From contig CBDBCZ010000014.1 of assembly GCA_965203295.1 (NCBI GenBank), positions 480,001 through 544,000 on the forward strand: a stretch of DNA of 64,000 nucleotides, given 5' to 3'. Of the stretch, positions 1-64,000 are shown piece by piece. The position numbers and the translations under genes are program-made. The notes beneath the pieces are model-generated. The model saw nothing but the letters and a program-made list of their open reading frames with translations, ran no database searches and had not been told where the DNA came from. This DNA is from Nitrospirales bacterium (lineage in GTDB: Bacteria; Nitrospirota; Nitrospiria; Nitrospirales; UBA8639). The number at the start of each line of letters is the position of its first letter. The first letter of the stretch is position 1.

Positions 1-42326
<42,326 letters not shown>

Positions 42327-42650
42327 AAGAAGCAGAACTAACAGCTTCCTGTACATACTTAGAAAGTAGTGCATGTAGAATTTGCATGTAGTGCACAGTT
42401 TCTTTTACTGTGCAGCTTATGTAGTATAGGAATACTATAGTTGCTAGTGCTGTTGTCTAGAATAGAGTCCTTTTGTATCAAAGAGGAATACTAGCTAGTG
42501 TAGACTCTTCTTGTGTGATCAAATGGTATTCCTTCCTTTATAATTGTCCAGCCATTTGGCATTCCTACACGCACACCCATCTCAAATCTGACTGAGGTGG
42601 ACAACCCTCTTGACAGCACTGACTGGGGATAGAACAATGTACATGTAGTC

Positions 42651-43867
42651 TGGCTCTTTCACAACAGGATTCCGATCCTGTTTTGGGACCTATAAACGAG
42701 GTTGTGAAATTCCTAGTGGACCTCTTCAAACAGGGGTACCAATATAGGTCAATCAATGCCTACCGGTCAACTATGTCATCAGTGCATGATAAATCAGATG
42801 GCTATGAAGTGGGGCAACATCCTTTGGCTAGTAGACTACTGAAGGGATATTTCACCAGCGACCTTCACAACCAAAGTACTCCGCAACCTGGGACGTGAAC
42901 CAGGTAACCACATACTTCCAAAATTTGGGGGGCAATAGCTGACTTTAAAACTGTCATGCTCATGGCTTTAACAAGGCCATCTAGGTCAGCAGACCTCAGC
43001 CAACAAAGTTGGCAAAACAGTCACGCTAGGGGAAAACCCTTCAGGAATTCTTCCCAAGTTTCCCTCACAACAAACTACTGTGTCCAGTGGACACACTGAA
43101 AGCGTACAAAAGGGAACCATGGGAATGACAGGTTATTCCTGGCTCTAATTAAACCACAAACTGGTTTGTTCCTCTACCATCACAACATGGGTCAGAACAA
43201 CCCTAACACATGCAGGGATAAACACTGACGTTTTCAAAGCACATTCCCCCAGAGGAGCTGCTAACAGCCGCACCAACAGCGGGATAACAACCTGCAACAT
43301 CCTCAAAGTGGCAGATTGGAGCACCCAATCAGTTTTCCAGAAATACTATTACAAACCGTCTAGGGACAGTAGGTTCAGAGAAGCAGTGCTCTGCTCACAA
43401 TAGGCTACAAACATACCATGTTGATATGTGAGACTGAGCATTCCGAAATATAATTACGGAATGGCCAAGACCACGCAGTGGTTGAAGGCCATTCAGAATT
43501 ATAAGGAATGTGAAATCAAGCACATTAGCATCCCACCCATAATTATACCATCCCAGAACACAAGTGTTTAATTGGATATCAACTTCACATACATGACTAC
43601 ATAAAGGAATGGCTTATTACGCTCACTGACAAAAGGACGATGAAATGAGCTATTTATAGACCTAACAAGTGTGAAATTCTATTAAAACAGCAGTGATGTC
43701 AGGGAAAACACCCTGATTATGTAATACTTACGGTTTAGCTACCAATGAGCTGTTTGAGTTGGAAAACTAAGGCCAATACCATGTTGATATGCTCGACTTC
43801 ACATTCCTCATATATATAATTCTGAATAGCCATCAACCACTGCGTGGTCTTGGCCATTCTGTAATTA
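42651..43867 (+). mobile_element. Decayed DIRS-like tyrosine-recombinase retrotransposon (YR pseudogene plus 3' inverted-repeat structure)
   Basis: Frameshifted translation: VVKFLVDLFKQGYQYRSINAYRSTMSSVH...GQHPLASRLLKG; TWDVNQV; MLMALTRPSRSADL; LCPVDTLKAY; AGINTDVFKAHSPRGA; ILKVADWSTQSVFQKYYYKP; stop at 43401-43403. 43451-43531 is the imperfect reverse complement of 43781-43867. Confidence 0.85.
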
Positions 43868-44223
43868 ACACCAGGCTGAGGTGCCAGTCAAAAATGTTCC
43901 TGGGAAAATGAGGTGTGATCGTTGTTCACAAATCTATCAGCAATGGAGTGTACAATAACAATGTATTTACAAAAAAGTGCCAAAAACGTAAGACACATAC
44001 TATGTTAAAAATAAACTGGTGAGAATAAAAAGGGTTAAAAAGGTTCTTAATAGATATAGCCTGCACTTCTACTTGCTCTTCTTATAATCATCTACAACTC
44101 CACATAGAAAAAACTGCAGAAAAATTACACCAAAAAGACACTTCGACTCTAAAGGCAGATATAAAAAATGAAAGTACATGTACATATCAATATACAAATA
44201 CACACAATAGCAGCCATTAAATT

Positions 44224-63389
<19,166 letters not shown>

Positions 63390-64000
63390 CTGCAGTCAAT
63401 GGAGTAGTTGTAGGTATGTGTGTTTCAGATGTGGAAAGAAAGAGGAAAATACTGTTATTAGCCCCCTGACAAAGAAGCTGGGTCTATGCATATCCAACTA
63501 AAGCTGATAAAATTTAATGTTTATGCATATATCCTGGTCCTGTTTAAATGTCTCAAGCTTTGCCTAGAAGTGCGTACATGTACCGTAGAGTACGTATGCG
63601 TATCAAGCGCCCATGGGCAGGGAACCTTAGAATGCAGTGGAAGAGGGGGGTGGGTGCTTACTATGTATTCATCTGCAAACAGCATGTAGTATCCACCCAC
63701 TACCCTGGAAGTGAGGAATCTTCACCATAATATATTTTCTACCTATATAATATATACATGTAAGTATGATATTATATAGGTATACCTGTATAATATCATA
63801 ACATCCAGGTGAGGTAAACTTATACTAAAGCGCAGTGAGCGAAATTAAGCAGCAAAATTGGATCTTTAGTGTGCTTTAATTGGAATACCGATGGTACGTC
63901 AGCTAGCTACTTCATATATTTCGCAGTTATCTGCATGCTTTTATAGCTATTCTAATACAAATGCTTCAATAGTTGGTTAAAGAAGGCTATACTTACCTTG

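Overview
Intron-rich eukaryotic DNA, most likely an early-branching animal such as a demosponge (inferred from SRCR-rich adhesion GPCR content and repeat landscape; not proven). Two convergent multi-exon genes, both 5'-truncated by the window, were reconstructed by hand from GT/AG boundaries and intron phase. (1) Plus strand 1..42326: 36 in-frame exons (5598 nt, 1865 aa to the stop) encoding an adhesion GPCR with the order EGF_CA x3, SRCR x3, HormR, GAIN/GPS no.1 (HL|SMFGVLV), Cys linker, Ig-like, SEA-like alpha/beta, HormR, GAIN/GPS no.2 (HL|TNFAILV), 7TM, tail. The most unusual feature is two complete HormR-GAIN-GPS modules with identical intron phases in what reads as one ORF, both keeping the autoproteolysis motif. 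(2) Minus strand 63389..44224: 16 exons (2262 nt, 753 aa to the stop) encoding a protein with Pmp-like FxxN/GGAI beta-helix repeats, a Cys-rich stalk and about 9 hydrophobic segments. A decayed DIRS-like tyrosine-recombinase element lies between the genes. Introns contain foldback elements, TA-TSD MITEs (two with HIRAN-like remnants), two Helentron/DINE-like families, a LINE fragment, a tRNA-Thr(AGT)-like sequence, and hairpins with symmetric CTCG/CTCG mismatches and GNA triloops. No database searches were run; domain names come from motif recognition.
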